A stretch of 64,000 nt of DNA from Corallincola holothuriorum (GTDB taxonomy: Bacteria; Pseudomonadota; Gammaproteobacteria; Enterobacterales; Neiellaceae): the NCBI RefSeq assembly GCF_003336225.1, contig NZ_QPID01000006.1, forward strand, positions 104,207 to 168,206, in the 5' to 3' direction. The notes under the pieces are model-generated. The model was not told the DNA's origin and ran no database searches. It worked only from the letters and a program-made list of their open reading frames with translations. This document shows positions 10,544 through 20,228 of this stretch, piece after piece (the stretch's first letter is position 1; each line of letters starts with the position of its first letter). The translations under genes and the position numbers were made by a program.

Positions 10544-11041
10544 ATGGGCCATAAACCACTTAGCCATCACAGCTATGATCTCTTATTGATAGGGTTGGTG
10601 GTGGGATTGCTGCTCCTGCTATCCGGTTGTGATCAGCATCAGGACGCCGAACTCGCCTTTCATCCGTCAGTCGATCTGGAGTTTCCCGAGCCGCAGTATT
10701 ACGGTGCGATGTTCCTGGCTAGTGCGGTTCATCGCTGTGCCAGTGATAAGCAAGTAACACCACAAGCCTGCGTAGAAAATGATGTTGTTGACATCGCCGT
10801 GCTGGATGATTCGCGGATAGCGCAGTTTAGTCTGCTTCAGCATATCGATCCGGGTAAGATCAGAGCTTGTGATGCCGACGACCAGGCGGTTTTCCCACAT
10901 CACAGTGAGTATCCTGAAACATCTGTGTTCTGGGTCTGTTTTGACATGCAAGCACCCTATGAAGGGCAACGTTTATTGCTGCATTTGCAACCGACGGATC
11001 ACCCTCCTAGTTATCGCTTGGTCGGCATAGTGCGTTTTTAA
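10544..11041 (+). CDS. Hypothetical lipoprotein
   Basis: GGGAG Shine-Dalgarno plus ATG. Hydrophobic N-terminus with an LLSGC lipobox. No recognizable domain. Confidence 0.4.
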   Translation: MGHKPLSHHSYDLLLIGLVVGLLLLLSGCDQHQDAELAFHPSVDLEFPEPQYYGAMFLASAVHRCASDKQVTPQACVENDVVDIAVLDDSRIAQFSLLQHIDPGKIRACDADDQAVFPHHSEYPETSVFWVCFDMQAPYEGQRLLLHLQPTDHPPSYRLVGIVRF

Positions 11042-11091
11042 GTCGTGAGTTTAGGTTTTGTCGCTACTTCTCACCAACGGAGGTGGATAGC

Positions 11092-11463
11092 ATGGAATGT
11101 GTGAATAGAGAGGCAGTACCTAGTGCGTTAAGAAGTGCCCGTTATGCCATGTTAATCGGTGTCGGCTTACTGCTGCTAAGTGCGGCAATATCTGCTCTGT
11201 TTCAGACGGTATCTATGTTTTATTTGGCATGTAATGTCTACTTAGTCGGTTTTATTGCTGTGTTAGGCGGCTCAGTGACGGCGCTTCGCTTGGCAAAATT
11301 GAATGAGATGTTTTGGTATCGGGGGCAGTTTTTGGCGTTAGATAAAGTGACTCTGCTGCTCTACACCAGTTTTCGGTATCGGATAATCGCCGGTGCCACT
11401 ATGTTGACCCTGTTTAGTGTGGGGTTGGCCGTGATCGCCTACCGCATCGTCGCTATAAGTTAG
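11092..11463 (+). CDS. Small hypothetical inner-membrane protein (3-4 TM)
   Basis: GGAGG at 11079-83 sits 8 nt before the ATG at 11092. The six-frame track begins at the upstream GTG 11083. The protein is hydrophobic. Confidence 0.35.
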   Translation: MECVNREAVPSALRSARYAMLIGVGLLLLSAAISALFQTVSMFYLACNVYLVGFIAVLGGSVTALRLAKLNEMFWYRGQFLALDKVTLLLYTSFRYRIIAGATMLTLFSVGLAVIAYRIVAIS

Positions 11464-11548
11464 CGCACTAAAGTTGGTAGGGTTCGGTTTTAAAATTGGA
11501 GCCGCCCCAGCAATGAAACGCCTCCATATTTTTGCCGTGAGTACGGGG

Positions 11549-12637
11549 CTAACGGTTAACCACTGCTGCTGGATGAGCCAGCATTTGCAGTAAGGGGTTA
11601 CGCATAAATATATAGGGTTTTAGCGCAACGCCCATGATTAAACCGCTAACAAAGCCGCCGATGTGAGCCCAGTAGTCAACACCACCTTCGCCAAGCATCA
11701 TGCCCAATACATTTAGTCCGACCCAAATAGCGAAGTACCAAACTGGCGCTAATTTCTTTTGATAGATAAATATCATAAACGTCAGGCTGGCATGGCGGAA
11801 CCAGACTAAATAGACTCCAAATAACCCGGCTATTGCACCGCTGGCACCAATGGATGGGATCTCACTCTGCCAATTAAGCACTACGCTGATCAGACTGGAT
11901 AAAATACCGAGAGCAAAATACAACGCGATGAAGCGGCGACGACCTAATGCATCTTCAATATTGTCACCGACTACATAGAGGAAATACATATTCCCCAGCA
12001 GGTGAAGGGGATCCCCATGCAGAAACATGCAGCTTGCCAGTGTCCATAATTGATCGCCGGCCAGTGTTGCTGCGGGCACATTACCAAACAGAGAGACCAA
12101 TTGGTTGGCCAACTCTGGATTACCAACATAACTCATAAAAATAAGACAGTTGAGCGCCATTAGCGTCCAGGTGACGACCGGTTTACGTTTAGGCTTAATG
12201 TTGTACTCGACTGGCATCTGCGATAGAAACTGAAATACGCGACTTTTCCAGCTCAGAGCTTGATTCAGCGAGCCAAGTGCTTGCTGTAACTTCGGAGACT
12301 GCTTTACTTGGTTAAGCTCATCGCTATCAACCCATACCCCTTCGCAATGCTCACATATATCAATTTCCAGTTGATAATCAGCGAGTAGGTGATGGCTTTG
12401 CATTGGGCCATGACGGTCCGGACACTGGCGTTCACTAACACCGATTGACGCACCTAAATGCTGCTGATATTCGACCTGATCTTGGCCATTATCAACTTTG
12501 GATAGCACCTTGTTCATTTCGCCTTGTTCAAACCAGTGGCCGCCACATGAACGACAAATGTCTAACTCCTCATCATGACAAGTGGTTGTCTCCAGATAGG
12601 TATCCGTGCAGCTAGGGCAGAGCGCTGGTGTTGCCAT
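11549..12637 (-). CDS. Rhomboid-family intramembrane serine protease with an N-terminal double zinc-ribbon domain
   Basis: Two CxxC...CxxC ribbons (CPSC...CRSCGGHW and CPDRHG...CEHCEGVW), then a 6-TM core carrying the GASGAIAGL (GxSG) and HIGGF catalytic dyad motifs. Confidence 0.8.
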   Translation of the reverse strand: MATPALCPSCTDTYLETTTCHDEELDICRSCGGHWFEQGEMNKVLSKVDNGQDQVEYQQHLGASIGVSERQCPDRHGPMQSHHLLADYQLEIDICEHCEGVWVDSDELNQVKQSPKLQQALGSLNQALSWKSRVFQFLSQMPVEYNIKPKRKPVVTWTLMALNCLIFMSYVGNPELANQLVSLFGNVPAATLAGDQLWTLASCMFLHGDPLHLLGNMYFLYVVGDNIEDALGRRRFIALYFALGILSSLISVVLNWQSEIPSIGASGAIAGLFGVYLVWFRHASLTFMIFIYQKKLAPVWYFAIWVGLNVLGMMLGEGGVDYWAHIGGFVSGLIMGVALKPYIFMRNPLLQMLAHPAAVVNR

Positions 12638-13251
12638 TATTTCACCTCATCCTGAAGATCAACGACAACATCGTACTTTTGCAGTTCAACTGTCAGTGCG
12701 GTGGCGCTCGCTTGCAGTTTGGGAAGCACTTCGTTGTTCATAGTGTCTAAGTGCTGCTGCAATAGGCTGCTGGCATGCCGACTACCATATTGACCTTGTT
12801 CTACTTTATGGATGATCTCATTGACGTCCGCGTAGAAGCGGCGCGTTTGAGTTAAGAAGTAGGTTGGGGTTTCCAACGTCGAGGGAGAAAACTTCATACT
12901 TTCCCAAACGTAGGTGCTTAAGCGTGGGTTTCTCAGCTTGATCGTATCAACAGAAACTCCCTTCTTAAGAACGTCGTGGTTGTATGCGTTGAGTAGGGCG
13001 GTATTGTCAGCTAACTCAGCATAAAGGGAGGAGCGGAGGTAGTAATTGTTCTGCTTGGTTTGCAGCGTATCGAAGATCAATGCCTGGGAAAGCCCCGCTT
13101 GTGCTGCGAGGTAAACGCCAATGACCGTTGCCAGAATGGTTAACAGATGAGAAAGCCAAAAACCGCTCTTAGACAGATCTTTATTGTCGAGCTTTGGTAA
13201 TGGCTTTTTGCCTGGTTTGTCGGACTTAGTTTGCGGGGCGGGCGTTTTCAT
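12637..13251 (-). CDS. Hypothetical membrane-anchored protein, coupled to the rhomboid gene
   Basis: Lys/Pro-rich N-terminus, one TM helix, then a soluble domain. Its TAA stop overlaps the rhomboid ATG (TAATG). Confidence 0.4.
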   Translation of the reverse strand: MKTPAPQTKSDKPGKKPLPKLDNKDLSKSGFWLSHLLTILATVIGVYLAAQAGLSQALIFDTLQTKQNNYYLRSSLYAELADNTALLNAYNHDVLKKGVSVDTIKLRNPRLSTYVWESMKFSPSTLETPTYFLTQTRRFYADVNEIIHKVEQGQYGSRHASSLLQQHLDTMNNEVLPKLQASATALTVELQKYDVVVDLQDEVK

Positions 13252-13431
13252 TTCGACTCCATGTCTGCGTTAAGGGGGGAATGGTATGAGAATGCCGCTG
13301 TCATTAGCAAGTGATAGCCGCTGTTTACATGCTTAGTTGTTACTTAAACATGACTAGTGGTGAACGGAGACAATCTGCTACATTGCTTCAGCCGTATTTA
13401 TGTTCATCGACTTAATTTATTGAAATAACAG

Positions 13432-14127
13432 ATGCTAAAACCCCGTATTGAACTGATTGTTGCGTTGCTTTGCGCGCTAATACTGATCTGGCTACCTTTG
13501 GTCAGTGCACCATTAAAGTATTTTGAAACCCTGCTGCATGAGGGTAGTCATGGCCTCGCTGCTATTTTATCGGGTGGGCAGGTGGTTTCTATTGCATTGC
13601 ATCTTGATGGCTCCGGTCTCGCTACCTCACGTGGCGGCTGGTCGTGGTTGGTCACTTTTTCCGGTTATGCTGGGGCCTCCTTATGGGCCTATACCTTGGC
13701 GCGGATCCAGTTTAGTGGTGTTTCCCGAAGAATCGGTAGCTGGATCTATTTTGCTATTGTCGGTTTGTTTGTGCTTGGTAGCCTGATTTATACCCGAGAT
13801 CCCATCACCTTGTTGATTGTTGGCTTTATCGGTGTGACATACTGGTGTTTGTTTCGCTGGCGCCACCAGCATTGGGCGACATTCGCCAATCAGGTATTGG
13901 CGCTGTTTATCCTGCTGCAAAGCGCCATCAGTCCAAGCTACCTGTTGTATGTGGGAGACCGGGGCGACCATCTGGCGATGAAAGGTTATACCGGTATTCC
14001 GGGGATCGTTTGGGTTGTGCTTTGGACGCTCATCGCTGGCTTAATGATCTTCGATTTGTGTCGACGAGCTTGGGCGCAACCTCGTATGGCCAGCGACGCT
14101 CTCCGTGCAGAGACTAGCGGCCTCTGA
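13432..14127 (+). CDS. Small polytopic membrane protein with an intramembrane HExxH motif (putative M50-like metalloprotease)
   Basis: LLHEGSHGLAAILSGG lies in the first TM helix. About 6 TM helices in total. The assignment rests on the motif alone. Confidence 0.4.
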   Translation: MLKPRIELIVALLCALILIWLPLVSAPLKYFETLLHEGSHGLAAILSGGQVVSIALHLDGSGLATSRGGWSWLVTFSGYAGASLWAYTLARIQFSGVSRRIGSWIYFAIVGLFVLGSLIYTRDPITLLIVGFIGVTYWCLFRWRHQHWATFANQVLALFILLQSAISPSYLLYVGDRGDHLAMKGYTGIPGIVWVVLWTLIAGLMIFDLCRRAWAQPRMASDALRAETSGL

Positions 14128-14275
14128 AGCACAGTATTGATGCCGTACTTCGTCTGTTGAATCCTTTTAACTTCAGCGGCTGGTGAAAAAGACTGAGCGA
14201 AGTCTGCGCCATAGTAATAGAATGTGCCGTTATAAAGCGCTGTTTAACCCCGCGTTGCAACAGAAACCAGCGATA

Positions 14276-14302
14276 ATGAAGCTCATAGTGCAGCTTCATT
14301 TT
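14276..14302 (+). terminator. Stem-loop (atgaagct/agcttcat) followed by a T-run, immediately upstream of dbpA
   Basis: An 8-bp perfect stem at 14276-83 and 14292-99, followed by tttcc. It could be a terminator/attenuator or a 5' UTR structure. Confidence 0.3.
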
Positions 14303-14321
14303 CCCAATTAGGAATAATCCC

Positions 14322-15710
14322 TTGAGCGAACTCGACTTTGCCTCCCTGGCGTTGCCCCAGCAACAGCTGACTAATTTATCTTCATTGGGCTATGAACAAA
14401 TGACGCCCATTCAAGCGGAAAGCTTGCCGCTAATGCTTGCCGGTAGGGACGTTATCGCGCAGGGCAAAACTGGCTCAGGTAAAACCGCCGCGTTTGGCTT
14501 GGGGCTGTTGTCCCGTTTGGATGTAAAGCGTTTTCGAATTCAAGCGTTGGTGCTCTGTCCGACTCGCGAGTTAGCCGACCAAGTGGCGGTTGAAATACGC
14601 CGTTTAGCTCGCGCCACTCACAATGTGAAGGTGTTGACCTTATGCGGTGGTATGCCGTTTGGGCCGCAGGTCGGATCTTTGGAACACGGTGCGCATATCA
14701 TTGTTGGCACACCGGGACGGATAGAAGAGCACCTAAGTAAAGGGCTATTGAAGTTACAGGATTTGAATACCTTAGTGCTGGATGAAGCTGATCGTATGCT
14801 GGAGATGGGTTTTCAGAGTGCGCTTGATTTCATCATTGATGAAACACCAGCAGATCGTCAAACCCTGTTGTTTAGTGCGACCTATCCGCCACAGATCGAA
14901 TCTATTGCTAAGCGGATCATGGTGACTCCGGCGTTGGTTCAAGCGGCATCTACCCATGACAACAGCAGTATTCGTCAGCACTTTTATCAGGTGGCGAGTA
15001 ACGATGATCGCCTACTGGCACTGAAGTTGTTGTTACTTAAACATGATCCTGAATCGGCTGTGGTTTTCTGTAATACCAAGCGTGAAACCCAGGAGGTGAA
15101 TGATGCCTTGGTTGACGCTGGTTTTAGTGCGATGGCGCTACACGGCGATCTTGATCAAAAGGCGAGGGATCAAGCGCTGGTGCGTTTTGCCAATAAGAGT
15201 GTGAAGATCATGGTGGCGACAGATGTCGCTGCCCGCGGGTTGGATATTGATGCCCTGGATGCGGTATTTAACTACCACATAGCTCGTGATGCTGAAGTGC
15301 ACGTTCACCGTATCGGGCGAACCGGCCGTGCGGGAAGCAAAGGCGTTGCGTGCTCCATCTATACCGATAAAGAGGCGTATAAAGTCTCTTTACTGGAAGA
15401 GTATTTAGATCGCGTCATTGAGGGTGAGGTGTTGCCATCGCGCGAGCTGTTAAGCCAAGTGCCATCACAAGCAGAGATGATGACATTACAGCTCGATGGC
15501 GGTAAGAAACAGAAGATCCGCCCAGGTGATATCTTAGGCGCACTGACTGGTGACAACGGTATTCAAGGCTCTCAGGTGGGTAAAATAAAAGTGGGTCCAA
15601 TGTGGGCTTATGTCGCCGTGCACCGAGATGCATTGAAGCCTGCACTGCGTAAGCTGGAGCAGGGTAAGATCAAAGGTAAATCAGTACGGGTGCGGGTTAT
15701 ACGCGGTTAG
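14322..15710 (+). CDS. dbpA: ATP-dependent RNA helicase DbpA (DEAD-box with C-terminal 23S rRNA-binding domain)
   Basis: TTG start. The N-terminus aligns with E. coli DbpA (QLTNL..LGY..MTPIQ). Motifs AQGKTGSGKT, DEAD and HRIGRTGRAG are present, plus the C-terminal DbpA RBD. Confidence 0.85.
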   Translation: MSELDFASLALPQQQLTNLSSLGYEQMTPIQAESLPLMLAGRDVIAQGKTGSGKTAAFGLGLLSRLDVKRFRIQALVLCPTRELADQVAVEIRRLARATHNVKVLTLCGGMPFGPQVGSLEHGAHIIVGTPGRIEEHLSKGLLKLQDLNTLVLDEADRMLEMGFQSALDFIIDETPADRQTLLFSATYPPQIESIAKRIMVTPALVQAASTHDNSSIRQHFYQVASNDDRLLALKLLLLKHDPESAVVFCNTKRETQEVNDALVDAGFSAMALHGDLDQKARDQALVRFANKSVKIMVATDVAARGLDIDALDAVFNYHIARDAEVHVHRIGRTGRAGSKGVACSIYTDKEAYKVSLLEEYLDRVIEGEVLPSRELLSQVPSQAEMMTLQLDGGKKQKIRPGDILGALTGDNGIQGSQVGKIKVGPMWAYVAVHRDALKPALRKLEQGKIKGKSVRVRVIRG

Positions 15711-16002
15711 TCGTCGCTGGATTTAAATTGATGCAGCTGCTTTGGAACGAGCCATGATATCAAAGCTAACTCGTTGGCTTGTTGGGCTTTCTGCTGCTGG
15801 TTATTTCACACCGATCAGGCACCCTGCGATATAGCCAGTGGCACTTTGTTGCGTTAGCGGTGCCTGCGTCTATCTGTTTGCTATTAGCTTATCGCTTATT
15901 ACGACAATACTAATAATTTGCCTGTGAGCGCGCAGTTTTCTCTGCAATGAGTTCGTAGTATGCCCAAATGAGCCGATTCAAGGTCTGTTTTGTACCTTGC
16001 CT

Positions 16003-16350
16003 ATGTCGAATTTGGAGTATCGCTTGAGCGTCGCAGAAGAGAGAAAGCTGCTTGTTATTATCCGAGTTGAGCCCGGTTGCCTAGGGCCTGATGGTGCCGA
16101 TCACATTGAAGGGTTTTGTCAGCTAGCGCAGCTGGCGTTCGAACCTCGCTATGCCGGGATTATTCGCTGGCAGGTCGTGCCGCGCTACGATAAAAGCCTG
16201 CCTGAACTGCAGTATCTAATGGCAAATAAAAATCTTGCCCATGAGCAAGTTGAGAAAGTTTTAGATCTCATCAATTTGTCTCTCGACGACTTTGAAATAG
16301 AAACGGGTGATCGGCTGTCCATGCTAATCGATAAAACATTACGCCGTTAA
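16003..16350 (+). CDS. Hypothetical cytoplasmic protein
   Basis: ORF with an ATG at 16003; the track starts at the TTG at 15997. It overlaps the RecQ-family gene convergently by 4 nt. No motif recognized. Confidence 0.35.
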   Translation: MSNLEYRLSVAEERKLLVIIRVEPGCLGPDGADHIEGFCQLAQLAFEPRYAGIIRWQVVPRYDKSLPELQYLMANKNLAHEQVEKVLDLINLSLDDFEIETGDRLSMLIDKTLRR

Positions 16351-18281
16351 TTCAGCAGTGCTATCACTTTTGCCCGTATATCGGCGTATCTGAATTGCTC
16401 ACATGAGCCGAACCCGGGTAATTGCCTGACCTTGTTACGCGCAAACAATGGGATGCTGAGTCCGGCAAGAAAGCGGCAATAGGTTTCTGTGGTTAACGAG
16501 TGCTTGGCGCGAGTGGCCATATGTTGCTTTAACCCGGCTAGCATTACTGACAGGGTCTGCTTATCAGTCCAAATGGGCGTTTCCGAGTAGGCGAGCTTGG
16601 CAACGTGACCGTGACATACGGAACAATGCCCGCAACGTTCAGGGGCTTGCTGATCATCAAAGTAACGTGACAAGTTGTGACTGAGGCAGCGGTCTAGTTC
16701 AAAAAAGCGTACCAGCGCGGCAATACGTTTTATCTCTTTTTGCTCTTTGTCGACAAAATATTGATAGAGGGTTTGTGCCAGGTCGGTGGCCGCCAGTGCA
16801 GATAGATTGACGTTAAATACCTCGGTCATTTTCTTAGTTTCTAGCTCAACTAACTGCTGCTCTTGCAGGTATTCCAAAGCGGTGACGATCCGGCCACGCT
16901 GGCATTGATATCTCTGGCAGATAGCGTCGAAATCTGGTTCACCCCATACTTTCTTAAATCTCGTGTTGTCGATGATCGCTTTTACAAACGCTTGTCGCTC
17001 GCCTTCAAATCGCGCTAGCACAGTCTCTTTCGGTTGAACAAATTTGTACTTAAAATCGGCAAAATACGCATAACTTGGTTCTAGCACACCTAATAGTTCT
17101 AACTGTACCAACAGTGTTTTAAGCGGTAATTGACGAATGTTTGCAGCATTCGACAACGCCGTTACTTGTAATTCCCATTGTCCATTTTGGGCTTCATCAC
17201 GAATGCTTTGAAGCACAAACTCAATGCCATTTAGCTCCGGCGTGTCACCATATACAAAGTTCTCAACAGTATTGATCCCATCCAGATTGGCTAACGTGAC
17301 GCAATGAGAAGGGTGCCCATCGCGTCCTGCTCGGCCTATTTCCTGGCTGTAGTTTTCAATCGACTTCGGCAGATCATAGTGGATAACGAAACGTATATCT
17401 GACTTGTCGATCCCCATGCCAAAGGCAATGGTTGCCACCACAATTTGAATCTTGCCAGCCATAAAGTCTGCTTGGATCTGTTTACGTCGTTCATCATCAA
17501 ATCCAGCATGATAAGCACTGGCATTAAGCCCTTGCTGCTGTAGATAGTTAGCCACTTGTTCGGCGGTTTGCTGCAGTGTGACATATACAATGCCAGCCCC
17601 ATTTTGTTGTTGTACCTGCTGTGCTAGCTGGGCGTTTTTTTCCGCGCTGGCAACAGGTATTACACTCAGGTCTAAATTGGCGCGGTAGAATCCCGTCTGC
17701 ACTATGTGCTGTTCAGCGATGGCGAATTTGCTTGCCATATCCAGTTTGACTTTTCGGGTGGCGGTCGCGGTAAGTAGCAGCACCAAAGGGATATTCAATT
17801 GCTGCCGATAGGCGGGTAGCTTGAGGTAGTCTGGGCGGAAGTTATGACCCCACTCAGAGATACAGTGGGCTTCATCTACCACTAACATCGACAACGGCAC
17901 ACTGCCGATAAACTGGCGAAAACGCTCATTCTTAAATCGCTCTACCGACACCATCAGGATCTTCAATTTGCCTGAGCGTACATCGGCCATCACTTGCTGG
18001 TTCTGTTCCGGTGTGAGAGTGGAGTCGATGCTGGCAGCAGCAATCCCCTTACTGGCAAGAAAGTCCAACTGATCTTTCATCAATGCTAATAGCGGTGATA
18101 CCACCAAGGTCAAATGAGGCAGGTGAATCGCGCTTAGCTGATAACACAATGATTTTCCTGAGCCGGTGGGGAAGATCGCTAAGGATGAGTCTCCTGCCAA
18201 AAGCTGAGATATGGTCTGTTCTTGACCTGGACGAAACTGATCAAAGCCAAAATACTGTTTAAGGGTTGCTGCTAGAGGCAT
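16347..18281 (-). CDS. RecQ-family ATP-dependent DNA helicase (no HRDC tail)
   Basis: FRPGQ, PTGSGKS, DEAHCISEWGHNFRPDY, and a C-terminal Zn-binding/winged-helix region with CGHCSVC. Confidence 0.85.
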   Translation of the reverse strand: MPLAATLKQYFGFDQFRPGQEQTISQLLAGDSSLAIFPTGSGKSLCYQLSAIHLPHLTLVVSPLLALMKDQLDFLASKGIAAASIDSTLTPEQNQQVMADVRSGKLKILMVSVERFKNERFRQFIGSVPLSMLVVDEAHCISEWGHNFRPDYLKLPAYRQQLNIPLVLLLTATATRKVKLDMASKFAIAEQHIVQTGFYRANLDLSVIPVASAEKNAQLAQQVQQQNGAGIVYVTLQQTAEQVANYLQQQGLNASAYHAGFDDERRKQIQADFMAGKIQIVVATIAFGMGIDKSDIRFVIHYDLPKSIENYSQEIGRAGRDGHPSHCVTLANLDGINTVENFVYGDTPELNGIEFVLQSIRDEAQNGQWELQVTALSNAANIRQLPLKTLLVQLELLGVLEPSYAYFADFKYKFVQPKETVLARFEGERQAFVKAIIDNTRFKKVWGEPDFDAICQRYQCQRGRIVTALEYLQEQQLVELETKKMTEVFNVNLSALAATDLAQTLYQYFVDKEQKEIKRIAALVRFFELDRCLSHNLSRYFDDQQAPERCGHCSVCHGHVAKLAYSETPIWTDKQTLSVMLAGLKQHMATRAKHSLTTETYCRFLAGLSIPLFARNKVRQLPGFGSCEQFRYADIRAKVIALLN

Positions 18282-18438
18282 GGATTATCCGCGGCTGGAA
18301 AGTCAAAGTGCTGAGCATAGAAACTAACATGGAAAGCGGTGTGTGGGGAGGAGGAGGCGATTTTCAACGACAACAGAATGTCGCTCTTTCTGTTAAAATA
18401 GCGTTTGCTGCTCTTTATGATGCCAATCGATATCGACT

Positions 18439-19635
18439 ATGACTGACCGCTTTCGTTCGCCGCAGACTTTCTTATTGTTAATCGCCTTCGCTATGCCGGT
18501 GGCATTTTCCACTTGGTTGGCACTGCTTAATAACTTCGCTATCGATGGGGCAGGGTTTACCGGTAAAGAGATCGGCATCTTGCAAAGTTTGCGCGAAGTT
18601 CCTGGTTTCTTAGCGTTTACAGCCGTCTTTGTATTGCTCTTTATTCGTGAACAACGTTTTGCGGTGGTGTCCCTGCTGGTGCTCGGGGTTGGGGTGGCTA
18701 TCACCGGTTTTTTCCCCGCGGCTATCGGCCTCTATTTGACGACGATCTTGATGTCAATTGGGTTCCATTATCTGGAGACCATCAATCAATCGTTAACACT
18801 GCAATGGTTGCCAAAAGAGCAAACCGCACACTTTATGGGGAAGGCGATGGCCGTTAAAGGTGCGGCGGCAGTGCTCTCTTTTGGTGGTGTCTGGTTATTG
18901 TTGGACTACTTTTCGGTCGCTTATGTCTGGGTATATCTGCTGTTTGGTTGCATTGCGGTGTTGTTAGCAATACTGATGCTGATGGCATTTCCGCAGTTTC
19001 AAGATGGGCATGAACAACAAAAAAAGCTGATCTTGAAACGCCGTTACTGGCTGTTCTACCTGCTGACCTTTTTTTCCGGCGCCCGGCGGCAGATCTTCGT
19101 TGTATTTGCAGGCTTCTTGATGGTGGAAAAATTTGGTTATAGCGCAGGGCAGATCGCCTTACTGTTTCTGTTTAACCATTTCTTTAATCTGTTTTTTGCC
19201 AGTCGAATTGGCCGGTGGATCGGCCATATTGGTGAGCGCCACGCGCTCACCATAGAGTATGTTGGCCTGTTCCTGGTTTTTACCGGTTATGCACTGGTTT
19301 CTGATGCTGATATAGCTGCTGTTCTATATGTGCTCGATCATCTTTTTTTCGCATTTGCCATCGCTATTCGTACCTACTTCCAAAAAATTGCTTCGCCGGA
19401 AGATATAGCCTCAACGGCGGGGGTGAGCTTTTCCATAAATCATATTGCAGCGGTGATTTTACCTGCGGCATTGGGGCTGGTTTGGTTGGTGTCACCTGCA
19501 GTGGTGTTTTATCTGGGCGCTGCGTTGGCTTTGGCATCGCTGCTATTAACTCAGTTGATCCCCAACAAACCACAACAGGGAAATGAGATCCGCTGGTTTG
19601 ATTCGGCTGCCACTGCGCAAAGGCCAGCAAGTTAG
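18439..19635 (+). CDS. MFS-type transporter
   Basis: 12 predicted TM helices arranged 6+6, with a central basic loop (KRRYWLF). Confidence 0.65.
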   Translation: MTDRFRSPQTFLLLIAFAMPVAFSTWLALLNNFAIDGAGFTGKEIGILQSLREVPGFLAFTAVFVLLFIREQRFAVVSLLVLGVGVAITGFFPAAIGLYLTTILMSIGFHYLETINQSLTLQWLPKEQTAHFMGKAMAVKGAAAVLSFGGVWLLLDYFSVAYVWVYLLFGCIAVLLAILMLMAFPQFQDGHEQQKKLILKRRYWLFYLLTFFSGARRQIFVVFAGFLMVEKFGYSAGQIALLFLFNHFFNLFFASRIGRWIGHIGERHALTIEYVGLFLVFTGYALVSDADIAAVLYVLDHLFFAFAIAIRTYFQKIASPEDIASTAGVSFSINHIAAVILPAALGLVWLVSPAVVFYLGAALALASLLLTQLIPNKPQQGNEIRWFDSAATAQRPAS

Positions 19636-19672
19636 TGGGTAACCTTACTGGCGCTTGTTGTCGCTCAGGGCA

Positions 19673-19861
19673 TCAGCGACTTGCAGTTAGGTCAGATATC
19701 AACTGCTTAGCAGCTTCATCCACCGACAATTCGTCATCAAAGTATTGATGTTCCAGTAAGCTCGCTGGCAGGTGGTTTGCGACTTCGTCAGAAACGCCAT
19801 AGTGATCTTTTAGCGTCTCGGCCACCTCTTTTTGCCAGTCAAAATAGTGTGCTGTGCTCAT
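19673..19861 (-). CDS. Small acidic hypothetical protein (62 aa)
   Basis: ORF only. No motif recognized. Confidence 0.3.
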   Translation of the reverse strand: MSTAHYFDWQKEVAETLKDHYGVSDEVANHLPASLLEHQYFDDELSVDEAAKQLISDLTASR

Positions 19862-20228
19862 CGCTATACCCTCCTGTTTATCTGCAAAGGGAGCTGGTAA
19901 TTGCTTTCCCTAGTAGTTTTGACAGGCAGAACCCATGAATTACTGCATCGCGGAGCTAATTATTCTTACTGTGCAGAACAGTCGATGTGGACTTGATAGT
20001 GCAAGTTACCTGAGATCGTGGAAATCCAATTGAATGATGAAATCCTTTCTGAATTAAGCAAATGCTAACATTTTCAGATGGTTTTCATTTCCTGATGACA
20101 GTGCTAGTCTTCACAATCTAGCAATTTTAATGGATTTTCAGCCCAAGCAGTGGGCCAGGTGAATGTCACAGGGAATGTGAAGGAAATGCCAAATCGAAGC
20201 AACAAGCTCCTTTTTTTAAGGAGTGTCA

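Noticed and set aside
18393-18704. 103 aa minus-strand ORF overlapping the MFS transporter start
   Set aside because: It is antisense to a gene with a clear 12-TM prediction. It lies inside the RecQ-MFS intergenic/promoter region and has no RBS.
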